In this document: positions 30,184-40,049 of the stretch, in pieces | Numbering within the stretch: the first letter of the stretch is position 1 | Layout: every line of letters starts with the position of its first letter | Assembly: GCA_963704905.1 (NCBI GenBank) | Contig: CAVPHZ010000001.1 | Location: 131,438-195,437 of the forward strand | DNA length: 64,000 nucleotides | Reading direction: 5' to 3' | From: Candidatus Chisholmbacteria bacterium | GTDB taxonomy: Bacteria > Patescibacteriota > Microgenomatia > UBA1400 > Chisholmbacteraceae | Position numbers and translations under genes: made by a program | Notes under the pieces: model-generated | Told to the model about the DNA's origin: nothing | Seen by the model: only the letters and a program-made list of their open reading frames with translations | Databases searched by the model: none

Positions 30184-31128
30184 ATGCGTATGAAAGATCT
30201 TCTTGTTGTTGCTCTGGGAGGAAATGCAATTAAAAGCGCCAAAGAAAAAGGTACCAATGAAGAACAGTTTGTGAATGTTAACAAAACTACCCAACATCTT
30301 GCCCAGCTGGTAAAACGAGGATATCGTCTTGTCATTACCCATGGCAATGGTCCGCAAGTTGGCAATCTTCTCATCCAGCATGATTCTGCAAAAGACTTAG
30401 TCCCAGCGCTTCCTATGGATGTGTGCGGATCTCAAACTCAAGGTCAGATCGGGTACATGATTCAGCAAACACTCCGAAATCACTTTGCCAAGATGAAGTT
30501 TCGAAAATCTGTAGCAACAGTCGTCACACAAGTTGAGGTTGATCTAAAGGATTCAGCGTTTCAAAACCCATCCAAACCAGTTGGTCCTTTTTATGACAAG
30601 AAAGGTGGAGAGGTACTCAAGAAAAAAGGATTTGCAGTAGTCGAAGATTCTGGGCGCGGTTACCGCCGAGTGGTTCCCTCCCCACTTCCGAAACATATCG
30701 TTGAGATCGATGCGGTACGGAGTTTACTTAAGAATGGAACAATCGTTATCGCTTCTGGAGGGGGAGGGATACCAGTCATAAAGAAATACAATAAATTTCA
30801 GGGCGTTGAAGCGGTCATTGATAAGGACTTTGCAGGAGAGCTCCTCGCTGAAGAGGTGAAGGCTGACCGATTTATTATCCTCACTGATGTTGAGCAGGTA
30901 GCAATTTACTTCAATACACCAAAGCAAAAGAATTTGTCTAAAATGACTGTTGCTGAAGCCGAACAGTATTATATCGAGGGTCACTTTGCACCCGGAAGTA
31001 TGGGACCAAAAGTATTGGCAGCAATTAAATTTGTGAAAGCTGGTGGAAAGCAATCGTTAATTACACATCCGTTTAGAATTCTTGAAGCCTTAAAGGGGAA
31101 AGCCGGTACTTCGATCAACCGACTGTAA
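30184..31128 (+). CDS. arcC: Carbamate kinase
   Basis: MRMKDLLVVALGGNAI...VITHGNGPQVG...IVIASGGGGIPV. Start placed at the internal Met. Confidence 0.85.
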   Translation: MRMKDLLVVALGGNAIKSAKEKGTNEEQFVNVNKTTQHLAQLVKRGYRLVITHGNGPQVGNLLIQHDSAKDLVPALPMDVCGSQTQGQIGYMIQQTLRNHFAKMKFRKSVATVVTQVEVDLKDSAFQNPSKPVGPFYDKKGGEVLKKKGFAVVEDSGRGYRRVVPSPLPKHIVEIDAVRSLLKNGTIVIASGGGGIPVIKKYNKFQGVEAVIDKDFAGELLAEEVKADRFIILTDVEQVAIYFNTPKQKNLSKMTVAEAEQYYIEGHFAPGSMGPKVLAAIKFVKAGGKQSLITHPFRILEALKGKAGTSINRL

Positions 31129-31237
31129 ATATTGAGTAAGTACCATACATGCTTGCGAGCTCTACGATAGCAAATGTTTTTTTTGAAGAGCTCTACTTAT
31201 AGACGAGTAATCAAAACTTTGATATATAGAAGTACAG

Positions 31238-32164
31238 ATGAGTTTTATAGGTAGACACTTAACCTACGACTTCGATTTTTCCAAAGAAGAGATTTGGATA
31301 CTATTTGAAACAACCAAGGATTTGAAACGGCGAGCACGAATAAGTGAGCCTCATAAACTCCTCAGAGGAAAATCGCTTGCAATGATTTTCCAGAAGCCTT
31401 CCACGCGAACACGGGTGAGTTTTGAAGTTGGCATGACACAACTTGGAGGTCATGCACTCTATTTAGGTCCGGATGATTTACAACTCCGCCGTGGAGAAAC
31501 AATCGCTGATACTGCAATGGTTCTCTCTCGATATGTAGACGGGATCATGGCAAGAGTCTTCTCTCACAACGATATCATTTACCTTGCCGAACACGCTTCG
31601 ATACCGGTCATCAATGGGCTTTCGGATCTGTACCATCCGTGCCAAGGATTGACAGATTTGTTCACAATCCTTGAAAAATTCGGCAGTTTTGACGGGCTGA
31701 AAATTTCATTTGTAGGAGATGGAGATAACAATGTGACAAACTCTCTAATGCTCCTTTGCGCCAGATTAGGAATTGATTTTTCTGTTGGAACTCCTAGAAA
31801 GTACAGTGTTAGTAAAAAAGTACTCTCGATTGCAAAAAAAGAAGCGGAAAAGACTGGTGCGAAAATTCACGTTACCTCTCAAGCTGTTTCGGCTGTGCGT
31901 GGTGCACATGTGATTTATACTGATGTGTGGGTGAGTATGGGTCGTGAGGATCGCAAAGAGCGGCTGAAAGTATTTCCTCCATATCAAGTAAATAAACGAC
32001 TGGTAAAACTCGCTCATAGAGATGCAATTGTGATGCACTGTTTGCCAGCGCATCGTGGGGAAGAGCTCACTGATGAGGTTATGGATGGACCACGATCGGT
32101 GGTTTTTGACCAAGCTGAAAATCGACTGCATGTCCAAAAAGCGCTCATGGCATTAGTCATGTAA
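31238..32164 (+). CDS. argF: Ornithine carbamoyltransferase
   Basis: STRTRVSFE carbamoyl-phosphate binding, HCLPAHRGEE, DVWVSMG ornithine-binding region. Confidence 0.8.
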   Translation: MSFIGRHLTYDFDFSKEEIWILFETTKDLKRRARISEPHKLLRGKSLAMIFQKPSTRTRVSFEVGMTQLGGHALYLGPDDLQLRRGETIADTAMVLSRYVDGIMARVFSHNDIIYLAEHASIPVINGLSDLYHPCQGLTDLFTILEKFGSFDGLKISFVGDGDNNVTNSLMLLCARLGIDFSVGTPRKYSVSKKVLSIAKKEAEKTGAKIHVTSQAVSAVRGAHVIYTDVWVSMGREDRKERLKVFPPYQVNKRLVKLAHRDAIVMHCLPAHRGEELTDEVMDGPRSVVFDQAENRLHVQKALMALVM

Positions 32165-32186
32165 TTATTTTATTGAGGAGGAAACT

Positions 32187-33395
32187 ATGGCTAGAAAGCC
32201 AAGAATGATTTCTATCCAAAGCTTGATTCGTGAATTGTCCACAAAAAATGTAAAAAAATACGGAAACGATTTCCTACAAACCTGGGATAAGACAAGAGAC
32301 GAGCTTGAGGCTACACTCTTGGTAGCTGAAATCTTACGTGGATTGTACGATGATAATGTTTCAAGCAAGATATATGAATCTGGCCTTGCTGTTTCGTGGT
32401 TTAGGGATAAATCTACCCGTACCCGCTTTAGTTTTAAGTCCGCTTCGAATCTTCTCGGCCTTGATGTACAAGACTTAGATGAAGAAAAATCACAAGTCTC
32501 CCATGGAGAAACAGTTCGCGAAACTGCCAACATGATCTCGTTTCTTACTGAAGTTATAGGAATCCGTGATGATAAGTTTCTCGGTGAAGGTCACAGGTTT
32601 CAGAAAGAAGTTTCCGAAGCTGTACAAGATGGGTACAAGGAAGGTGTCCTTCCGCAACGGCCCAGCATCATTAATTTGCAATGCGATCGGGATCATCCTA
32701 CGCAAAGTCTTTGTGATCTCTTACATTTGAAGACAACCTTTGGAGGTTTGCATAAACTCAAGAAGAAAAAGATCGCTATGACATGGGCATATTCTCCAAG
32801 CTATGGAAAGCCTCTATCAGTTGCGCAAGGTATTAGCGGGGTAATGACTCGTTTTAGCATGAATGTCGTCCTCGCCTATCCAAAAGGCTATCATCTGATC
32901 CCTGAACTTGAAAAACTGTTTGCGGATCAAGCAAAAAAGTCGGGTGGTTCATTTGCAATTACCAATAACATGAACGAGGCGTTTGCAGATGCTGATATTG
33001 TATATCCCAAGTCCTGGGCGTCCTATCGTGCTATGCAAGCAAGAGCAAAACTCTATAGAAAAGGAGATGCAACGGGTCTAGCAAAGCTTGAAAAAGCAGA
33101 GTTGCGAGAGAATGCAAAACACAAGGATTGGGAGTGCACTGAAAAAATGATGAAGCTGACTAAGGGAGGAAAGGCACTCTATATGCACTGCTTGCCGGCT
33201 GACGTCTCCGGCTTAAGCTGCAAAGAAGGAGAGGTGGCACGGTCTGTGTTTGATCGATACAAAATAGCGACGTTCAAACAGGCAGGCTACAAGCCATATA
33301 TCATTGCGGCAATGATGGTGCTCACAAAGTTCAACAATCCGTCTAAAGTTATGCGCTTTCTGGCTCGCAGGAAACTCACGAAAATCAAAACCTAA
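32187..33395 (+). CDS. Second carbamoyltransferase, long form (YgeW-like, substrate unknown)
   Basis: KSTRTRFSF and MHCLPADVSG motifs. 402 aa, longer than canonical OTC/ATC. Confidence 0.6.
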   Translation: MARKPRMISIQSLIRELSTKNVKKYGNDFLQTWDKTRDELEATLLVAEILRGLYDDNVSSKIYESGLAVSWFRDKSTRTRFSFKSASNLLGLDVQDLDEEKSQVSHGETVRETANMISFLTEVIGIRDDKFLGEGHRFQKEVSEAVQDGYKEGVLPQRPSIINLQCDRDHPTQSLCDLLHLKTTFGGLHKLKKKKIAMTWAYSPSYGKPLSVAQGISGVMTRFSMNVVLAYPKGYHLIPELEKLFADQAKKSGGSFAITNNMNEAFADADIVYPKSWASYRAMQARAKLYRKGDATGLAKLEKAELRENAKHKDWECTEKMMKLTKGGKALYMHCLPADVSGLSCKEGEVARSVFDRYKIATFKQAGYKPYIIAAMMVLTKFNNPSKVMRFLARRKLTKIKT

Positions 33396-33425
33396 TTGAC
33401 ATACCTCTCAGGTAGACCGTATGCT
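33396..33425 (+). promoter_or_regulatory. Putative sigma70 promoter (TTGACA, 18 nt spacer, TATGCT) with strong SD
   Basis: TTGACATACCTCTCAGGTAGACCGTATGCT followed by AAGGAGG and ATG at 33449. Confidence 0.5.
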
Positions 33426-33448
33426 ATAGACAAGGAGGTCTGCTGATA

Positions 33449-33640
33449 ATGAAAAAGAAACTGAGAATTAAAGAACTTGCTGAAAACCCAGTCATGCTTA
33501 TTATCTACGTCATCATCGCTTCGGTGATGGTCGCGAATATCTTTATCTCAGGATATCTATTTGGTCGCGCGCACCAAACAATTGAAAGCCTTCGCCCAGT
33601 GACGCCGCTTCATCCCCCACCAACACAGCCTCAGAAATGA
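33449..33640 (+). CDS. Small single-TM protein, Pro-rich C-terminus
   Basis: 63 aa, strong SD, stop overlaps the tag start (ATGA). Confidence 0.45.
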   Translation: MKKKLRIKELAENPVMLIIYVIIASVMVANIFISGYLFGRAHQTIESLRPVTPLHPPPTQPQK

Positions 33641-34203
33641 GAACCCGCTGCGGCTGGCTTAATGATGATCCTCTGATGATTTCCTATCATGATACTGAGT
33701 GGGGTGTTCCTCTTCATCAGGATCAAAAATTATTTGAGTATTTGGTTCTTGATGCATTTCAAGCAGGTCTAAGCTGGTCCATCATATTGAAAAAACGAGC
33801 TGGTTTTCGAAAAGCCTTTAACCGCTTTAATCCCAACAAAATCTCCAAGTACGCAAAACGGGATGTTTCGCGGCTCCTCAACGATGCTTCAATTATCCGT
33901 AATCGCTTGAAAATTGAATCGACTATTATCAATGCCCAGCAATTTCTTCAAGTTAAAAAAGAATTTGGACAATTTGATTCATACATATGGAAATTTGTCG
34001 GCGGAAAACCGATTGTGAACCGATATAAAAAACTCTCAGAACTTCCTGCAAAAAGCCACGAGGCTGAAGAAATGAGTAGAGATCTGAAAAACAAGGGTTT
34101 TACATTCGTAGGACCTACTATATGCTATGCTTTTATGCAAGCTTCTGGCATGGTAAATGATCATCTAGTAGGCTGTTTTCGCTACAAAGAAGTCTTGCAG
34201 TAA
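33637..34203 (+). CDS. tag: DNA-3-methyladenine glycosylase I
   Basis: YHDTEWGVP...LFEYLVLDAFQAGLSWSIILKKR Tag family signature. Four Cys/His zinc site residues present. Confidence 0.8.
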   Translation: MRTRCGWLNDDPLMISYHDTEWGVPLHQDQKLFEYLVLDAFQAGLSWSIILKKRAGFRKAFNRFNPNKISKYAKRDVSRLLNDASIIRNRLKIESTIINAQQFLQVKKEFGQFDSYIWKFVGGKPIVNRYKKLSELPAKSHEAEEMSRDLKNKGFTFVGPTICYAFMQASGMVNDHLVGCFRYKEVLQ

Positions 34204-34212
34204 TCAATTTTT

Positions 34213-35100
34213 TTGGGGCAGTTTTTTATGTCAACAGCAAGCTTGAACAATCAAGTCAAGTATCATCACGCCAATCTTCCGCTGACAAACCTTCACTATC
34301 TTACCTATGGTGAAGGACCGCCTCTTATCATTGTTCCAGCAACAATTTCAGATATTAATAATTGGTTAGACCTCATTTACTTCATGGGTCAGCGATTTAC
34401 GGTCTACTTTTTCGAACTTCCCGGACATGGTCAATCGACCCCTTTTCTGAAACTATACTCGAGTGACATGGTCGCTGAGTCGATTGAGCATTTTATTGAT
34501 GCTCAACAGATTGACCGGTTTTCACTTATGGGTTTTTCTTTTGGGGGCATTTTAACGCTTAAAACATTGCACCGGCTTGGAGATCGAATTGAACGGGTCA
34601 TTGTATTTGCTCCATGTGTAACTCATCGGGCGGTCCGCTATTCTCGGGCTCGATTAGCTGCCATGCGTCGCCTGACTTCGCTGATGAAATCACAACGAGC
34701 TCAGGGACAACTTCATCGATTTATTACTAACGGAGGTATGATTGAAGTGACACTGGCACTCATGCGACTGTTGGGAAGAGTGGAAACACTTGAAGGACTC
34801 GATAAAAGACTCCTTCACCTACCCTCGTCAACGCTTGATGTTCTGGTGTATCAAGCTAATGAGATTTTCAACTTTGAATTTGTCAGCGAGCATCTTCCGT
34901 TTTCTCAACCGTGTCACTTTGGCATGTCAGTCAAAGATCCACTGCTTGATTTTAAAGTAACACACGATTTCTTACGTCGTGCCTTTACAGATCTTCAGGT
35001 GATCAAGCTTGATTATCCATTTCATCAACCGCACCCACCATTCTCTTTGGAAAAACTTAATCAGGATTTTTCTCCGCTTCTCTATTCCATTGACCTCTAG
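34213..35100 (+). CDS. Alpha/beta-hydrolase fold protein
   Basis: GFSFGG nucleophile elbow, about 290 aa. Confidence 0.6.
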   Translation: MGQFFMSTASLNNQVKYHHANLPLTNLHYLTYGEGPPLIIVPATISDINNWLDLIYFMGQRFTVYFFELPGHGQSTPFLKLYSSDMVAESIEHFIDAQQIDRFSLMGFSFGGILTLKTLHRLGDRIERVIVFAPCVTHRAVRYSRARLAAMRRLTSLMKSQRAQGQLHRFITNGGMIEVTLALMRLLGRVETLEGLDKRLLHLPSSTLDVLVYQANEIFNFEFVSEHLPFSQPCHFGMSVKDPLLDFKVTHDFLRRAFTDLQVIKLDYPFHQPHPPFSLEKLNQDFSPLLYSIDL

Positions 35101-35103
35101 ACT

Positions 35104-35547
35104 TTATTGTTTCCGTCGGTCTTGCCAAAAGTCCTTGCTCTTTTGAGCATATTTGAGTATGGTCGCTTTCCTTTGCTGTATCACAGCATTAGTCTCATCG
35201 CTCTCAGGCTTGAGGACAATTACTTTTGAACCTCGGATATAGCACCCGGGTTCATTTCCTTGTCGGACCGGGATTTCCGGAAGAAGACAATATTTTTCTT
35301 TAATACCATCTACGTATGTACACAGCACTGCATAGTCAGTCGGATCAGTTATTTTTATTTGGGCAATTGCTTTTTTAATCGTTCGTCTGTTTCCTTTGGT
35401 GATATCTCTATCTATGGTGATAAAACAGACAGGAAAAAGATCAATATGCGATGTGAAAGAAGCATAGCCAACCAGCAGTGCGACAAGGACTAATACCAGT
35501 AGTATGTTTGGCAAATAATATCTGATTTTGGCAAGTATGTTTTTCAT
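35104..35547 (-). CDS. Small membrane-anchored protein, paralog of the 35549-35986 gene
   Basis: N-terminal TM. Shared KxAxxxLKxxxPxDYxxLC motif with the neighbouring gene. Confidence 0.45.
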   Translation of the reverse strand: MKNILAKIRYYLPNILLVLVLVALLVGYASFTSHIDLFPVCFITIDRDITKGNRRTIKKAIAQIKITDPTDYAVLCTYVDGIKEKYCLLPEIPVRQGNEPGCYIRGSKVIVLKPESDETNAVIQQRKATILKYAQKSKDFWQDRRKQ

Positions 35548-35548
35548 C

Positions 35549-35986
35549 TCAGTACTCTACAATACGTGAAAGCGCATCCGTCATCATTTCGTCGCACTCC
35601 TTTTCTCCCATCGGTCGGCCTTGTTTGTATTGAATCGCGTGACAGGTTTCGTGAACGATGATGGTTGAGGTCCAAGCTAAGCTTCTATTGGTCGTGCTGA
35701 TATCAATAGTCCTTGGTCTTTGCTTATAAAAACATCCTCCTTCGTGTCCTCCGCAGGAGATGTTTGGATTTATGGTTGAGACGTTGGCGCAAACCAGCTG
35801 ATAGTCTGAAGGAGAAGCAAATTTTAATACTTTGAGTGCTTCTTTGATGCTGAGATTGCTGAATTCGAGCAACGACGGGCGTACGGTGATGAAACAGTTT
35901 CCGCTGATATCCCAGTAGAAGAAGTAATTGAGTATAAATGAGATACATACTATACCTGCAATGATTTTTCCTACGTGCTTTTTCAT
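35549..35986 (-). CDS. Small membrane-anchored protein with HExxH motif (putative zinc-dependent peptidase-like)
   Basis: N-terminal TM. IVHETCHAIQY. Paralogous to the 35104-35547 gene. Confidence 0.45.
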   Translation of the reverse strand: MKKHVGKIIAGIVCISFILNYFFYWDISGNCFITVRPSLLEFSNLSIKEALKVLKFASPSDYQLVCANVSTINPNISCGGHEGGCFYKQRPRTIDISTTNRSLAWTSTIIVHETCHAIQYKQGRPMGEKECDEMMTDALSRIVEY

Positions 35987-35989
35987 CGT

Positions 35990-36502
35990 TTAATTTTCGT
36001 TGTTCTTTATATTTTTTCTGGTGAATTCGTACATTGAAATGCCTGCGGCAACCGACACATTTAGGCTTTCTTTTTTTCCGAATTGCGGAATCGTCAATAT
36101 CTGATCACAGACCTGTATCAGTTCTGGTGAAATGCCAGCTGTTTCATTGCCAAAAACGAGGCAGGTGTCTTGGGTGATTGTTACATCAAATAGTGATTTG
36201 GCGTTTTTGCCCGATTCCATAGCGATGAGTTCAATGTTTTTATTGTGTAGCTTTTGTGCAATGGTTAAAGCATCCTTATGATATTGCCAGTGAACTGAGC
36301 TTAGGCTACCGAGGGCGGTTTTATTGAGCTTTGGGTGCGGTGGATAAGCGGTATATCCGGTCAAATAGAGCGTGTCTATACCTGCTGCGTCGCAGGTTCT
36401 AAAGATGGAACCGACGTTGTAGGTTGAGCGGATGTTTTCTAACAGCACGTAGAGTTTAAAGGCCATATCTTCATTGTGTTTGAAGTACTCAGAGATTGTC
36501 AA
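35990..36502 (-). CDS. SpoU/TrmH-family RNA 2'-O-methyltransferase
   Basis: SPOUT motifs NVGSIFRTCDAAGI, LVFGNETAGIS, LNVSVAAGI. Confidence 0.7.
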   Translation of the reverse strand: MTISEYFKHNEDMAFKLYVLLENIRSTYNVGSIFRTCDAAGIDTLYLTGYTAYPPHPKLNKTALGSLSSVHWQYHKDALTIAQKLHNKNIELIAMESGKNAKSLFDVTITQDTCLVFGNETAGISPELIQVCDQILTIPQFGKKESLNVSVAAGISMYEFTRKNIKNNEN

Positions 36503-36763
36503 ATTCTTATCATATTCAGTGTCCGCCTCTCTGGTGGTATGCTATAGCTGTGACTTCTTCTAAAGAAACAGGTGAACAGCCAGATTTCCTTGAGGGAAGG
36601 GAAGGGATTGTATCCAGAATTATTTTATCGATGATGGAAGTGGTAAAGCTGGTGCGTTTTGGAGACCGGCCATCGGGAAAACGAATACGAGAGGTCCGGA
36701 CACTTCCAGATGATCAAGCGGAGGTTACCCTAGTGGACGATCATTCAGATCCTGGGGTCTAAA

Positions 36764-36982
36764 TTAACCCCTTTCCTTACCCGGTAGAACCTGAGTGATA
36801 CTTGCGCTGACACCTTCAAGGGTTCTTCTCATTTTCTGCTTCATGTGATTAGGATGTATGCTTCTGGGTAGTTCAGTTCTTCCAGTGTAGTCAGACTTTG
36901 CCATTTCTTGCGGAACTCTCCCTGCTCCACGAGCTTCAACGGCATCTAGTTCTAATTCAAGATATGCGGGATCCATTGGCAT
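36764..36982 (-). CDS. Hypothetical small protein (uncertain)
   Basis: 72-aa ORF upstream of the SpoU gene. No motif. Could be a spurious ORF in a GC-enriched non-coding stretch. Confidence 0.25.
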   Translation of the reverse strand: MPMDPAYLELELDAVEARGAGRVPQEMAKSDYTGRTELPRSIHPNHMKQKMRRTLEGVSASITQVLPGKERG

Positions 36983-37107
36983 AATTTCCTTGTGATTAGT
37001 TCGTATTTGGAGATTTTTCCAGATATGGGCAAATTGGACAGGAGACTATATATACTGATAGCAGTTGCGAGTGATTAGCTCACATACTAAGATGTTCTTG
37101 GAGAGGC

Positions 37108-37530
37108 ATGAAACTATTTGTCCTGCTGGTTGTTGCATTGGTAGCCTGGAATATCTACCGTTCCGTGGAGATATCTTCATTCGTTGATGTAAGTACAATC
37201 CTTGACTATGGTCAGCGAGCTGCTAAAGAAGACCTTTGCCCAGAAGGGCAAAAACCTAAATATGGCTATGGTGCACAGGGATGGGATGCAAAGGCATGTT
37301 ATACTCCAACTGAGGATGCCGGAAAGACGTGCCTTCAAGCTACTGACTGCCTCAGTCTTCAATGTTTGGTTATTGACGAAGATCAATTAAAGGACGCTTG
37401 TGAATTCAGGCTCGAATCCCAGTCATATCTTTGCAGTGAAATCATTGGAGAGTGCGGTGACGGAGGAACCCCGGAAGCAGCCCTGAGCATCACCAGCAAA
37501 AATCACGTCTACCGAAAGTCATACTATTAA
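37108..37530 (+). CDS. Secreted Cys-rich small protein
   Basis: N-terminal signal/TM helix. 10 Cys in 140 aa. Confidence 0.45.
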   Translation: MKLFVLLVVALVAWNIYRSVEISSFVDVSTILDYGQRAAKEDLCPEGQKPKYGYGAQGWDAKACYTPTEDAGKTCLQATDCLSLQCLVIDEDQLKDACEFRLESQSYLCSEIIGECGDGGTPEAALSITSKNHVYRKSYY

Positions 37531-38172
37531 CGCTCGTTGAAAATGTGCCACCTGCCTTCTGAAATGATGGTGTTCTGATTATTGTTAACCACGATAACTG
37601 TTTGATCATCGATCGCGTAGATGGTGTCTTTCGTTTCACTTGCAGATTTTTTAAGTATTTTATTTTTACCTTGGGAAAACTTGGAGAGTTAAGATGAAGC
37701 CGGGCCAGAAAACACGATATGTTTGTCTCGGGTAACGATGTAAAGGCACCGGATTGGGTAAAAAATACGTTGCTTAAACAATAGTTGGGATGGAAAATTA
37801 TTATCGATCTTGGAAATATTACAGGAGCTAGGGTAATGGAGATGTACTTACCAGTTGCGGCTTAGACTGTTTTCAACACTTTAGACTCTGCATTTTTATA
37901 TTTAAATATCAAAATAGCGTTACTTTTTAGCTGACTGAATTTATGGACTTCTCGTGTGGGGTTGAGTTATGTTTTCCTTTGCCGGATACTCTCGAATCAA
38001 CCTGCAGAGCGCTAATCCAGTGAGTGTCACAATTATGCCTTCTCCATATAAAGGAATGCTCATGAACAAAACGATGCTTCCCGACCGAACTCATTGAATC
38101 GGTACATACTTGACTCATGAGTGTGAAATATTTTGATCTGCTTCCTTCGTTTGGTATACTCTTTTTTCCTTT

Positions 38173-38556
38173 ATGAGTTTGCATGAACGCCAAAGATATA
38201 CACCAGCGGGATCGCTTGAGGAAATCGTCACCAGGGCAGGTTTTCCGAGCCTCGAGGTAGACTGGTTGGTATTCCAGCTCCGACGTGCGCTTGAAATCCC
38301 TCAAGACATTGATCGTAATCTCGACGTAGAAGTTTCGGCGTTTATCCGCATCGGATCTGAAGCACTCAGAGACCGATTAGCCTATGAGCGTTTTCAATCT
38401 TTCTTTCGGCAAGTGCTTGATGTTGAGCTAGGACCTCAAGACGAAGCGCTCAACGATCTACAACAGCGGTTTTCAATGGATAGGGATAAGCTATGTTCGC
38501 ATGTGGATTGGGAAATGGTAAACGTCTATCGTCTCAAGTCTGCTCTTTATCATTAA
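38173..38556 (+). CDS. Hypothetical protein (first gene of GC-rich island)
   Basis: 127-aa ORF with GC-rich codon usage. No motif. Confidence 0.35.
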   Translation: MSLHERQRYTPAGSLEEIVTRAGFPSLEVDWLVFQLRRALEIPQDIDRNLDVEVSAFIRIGSEALRDRLAYERFQSFFRQVLDVELGPQDEALNDLQQRFSMDRDKLCSHVDWEMVNVYRLKSALYH

Positions 38557-38923
38557 AGCGGGCAAATAGGCTAAGTGACTTTTCTCCGATCCTGCTTTAC
38601 TGTAAATAATATCTTGAGGTGTAGTATCTTCATTCTTCTGGCATGTTTCCTGTAGTTTTCAACCGATGTTCTCTGGCTTTTTCATGGCAGCCAAGAGACT
38701 GTGCTCGGGCTGAGTGCGTCCGACCGGAAACGTTCAAACACATTTTTGTGCTTTACCTATTGGGACCGATGACCACAATGCAGTAGGTCATTCCGCTGAT
38801 ATGCAAGCAAGACAAGGGTTTCTGAATGAACGTGAGCTCCAACACCGCTCTTCTTTATTTACCGAACATGAGCGTGTATTCTTCGATAATGCGGGCGATG
38901 GGAGCCCTCAGTCTAACCCGGGT

Positions 38924-39943
38924 TTACTTCAATTTATAATAGCTTGACTTGGTTGTCCCTTGCCGATCGATAAAGCCTTTGCTTACCAACGCGCTTAACA
39001 AATTGTGGGCCTGTTGGCGGGATACACCAAGCTTGCGGGCAAGATCGGTAGAGGTCAATTCCGGCTGTTCTTGCATGAGCTGCAATACCTGGTCTTCTTT
39101 CTTGGTCGGCCGGTCCTTGACTGAGAGCGTCTGAGCTGCATTTTTTACCCGCGCCAACGCACCAATCAACGAATGTTTTACTCCATCGGAAAAATATTCC
39201 AGCCACTGTGTCTTGTCCCCGCTGTCAGCCGTGTGAAGCTTGTCGGAGTAGAGAGTTTTGTCGATGTCATAGTAATCATCCAGAACGAAGTACTTGTTAA
39301 TTAAATAGTCCGCCTTGATGAACACCAACGCAGTGAGTATCCGGCAGACCCGTCCGTTGCCGTCTTCGAAGGGATGGATGTAAACAAATTCGTGATGAAA
39401 GATACCAGTTTTAATAATAATGGGCAGTTTCTCGGTGCTTTCGGTCCATTCAAACAATGGACGTAAGCCTGCTTCTATTTGCTTCCGCTGATGAAAGGGA
39501 GGATCGTGTTTCACTCTGAGAGTCGCTGTCTCCTTTTCTCCGATAAATTTTCCCACCACCACTTTTCTGTTGCGGATTTCTCCGGCAGTTTTATCAACAC
39601 CCTGCAAGATGAGCTTGTGAATTTCTTTGGTGAGGTCGACGCTGAGTTTTTTTTGTTTATATTCTGTAAGCGCAGACAGGATCTGAAAGTAGTTGACGAC
39701 TTCTTTTTCATCGCGGTTCGTCGGAACCCGGTCGTCCAGCAGCAGATTGGTTACTTCCGGGAGTGTCAGCGGGTTGCCTTCAATGGCGTTACTGGCATAG
39801 GAGGATTTGATGAGATTATCCCGGTTGAGGTTGAGCTCAAGTTTTTTAGGAATGCGAAATGATTCAATCTGGCCGTAGAGCCGTTCGATTTCGGTGATGT
39901 TATTAAGCAGTGTATTGGTGAGCGTGTATTTTGGCGCTAGCAT
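38924..39943 (-). CDS. Fic family protein (AMPylation domain) with C-terminal winged HTH
   Basis: Canonical Fic motif HPFEDGNGRVCR. C-terminal LTSTDLARKLGVSRQQAHNLLSALVSKGFI wHTH. Confidence 0.85.
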   Translation of the reverse strand: MLAPKYTLTNTLLNNITEIERLYGQIESFRIPKKLELNLNRDNLIKSSYASNAIEGNPLTLPEVTNLLLDDRVPTNRDEKEVVNYFQILSALTEYKQKKLSVDLTKEIHKLILQGVDKTAGEIRNRKVVVGKFIGEKETATLRVKHDPPFHQRKQIEAGLRPLFEWTESTEKLPIIIKTGIFHHEFVYIHPFEDGNGRVCRILTALVFIKADYLINKYFVLDDYYDIDKTLYSDKLHTADSGDKTQWLEYFSDGVKHSLIGALARVKNAAQTLSVKDRPTKKEDQVLQLMQEQPELTSTDLARKLGVSRQQAHNLLSALVSKGFIDRQGTTKSSYYKLK

Positions 39944-40049
39944 GTTATTATTGTCAATATATATGTAAAGATTATTGACAAGAATCTGGCTTATTAATTG
40001 TCAATGTTATTGTAAAGCTTTATGTCAAGTTTGTCAAGTGGTTCTTGAG

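Noticed and set aside
36496-36762. 88-aa plus-strand ORF bridging the SpoU gene and the upstream small ORF
   Set aside because: No start context or protein features. Treated as a non-coding, possibly structured region. tmRNA, SRP RNA and 6S RNA consensus were checked by eye without a convincing match.
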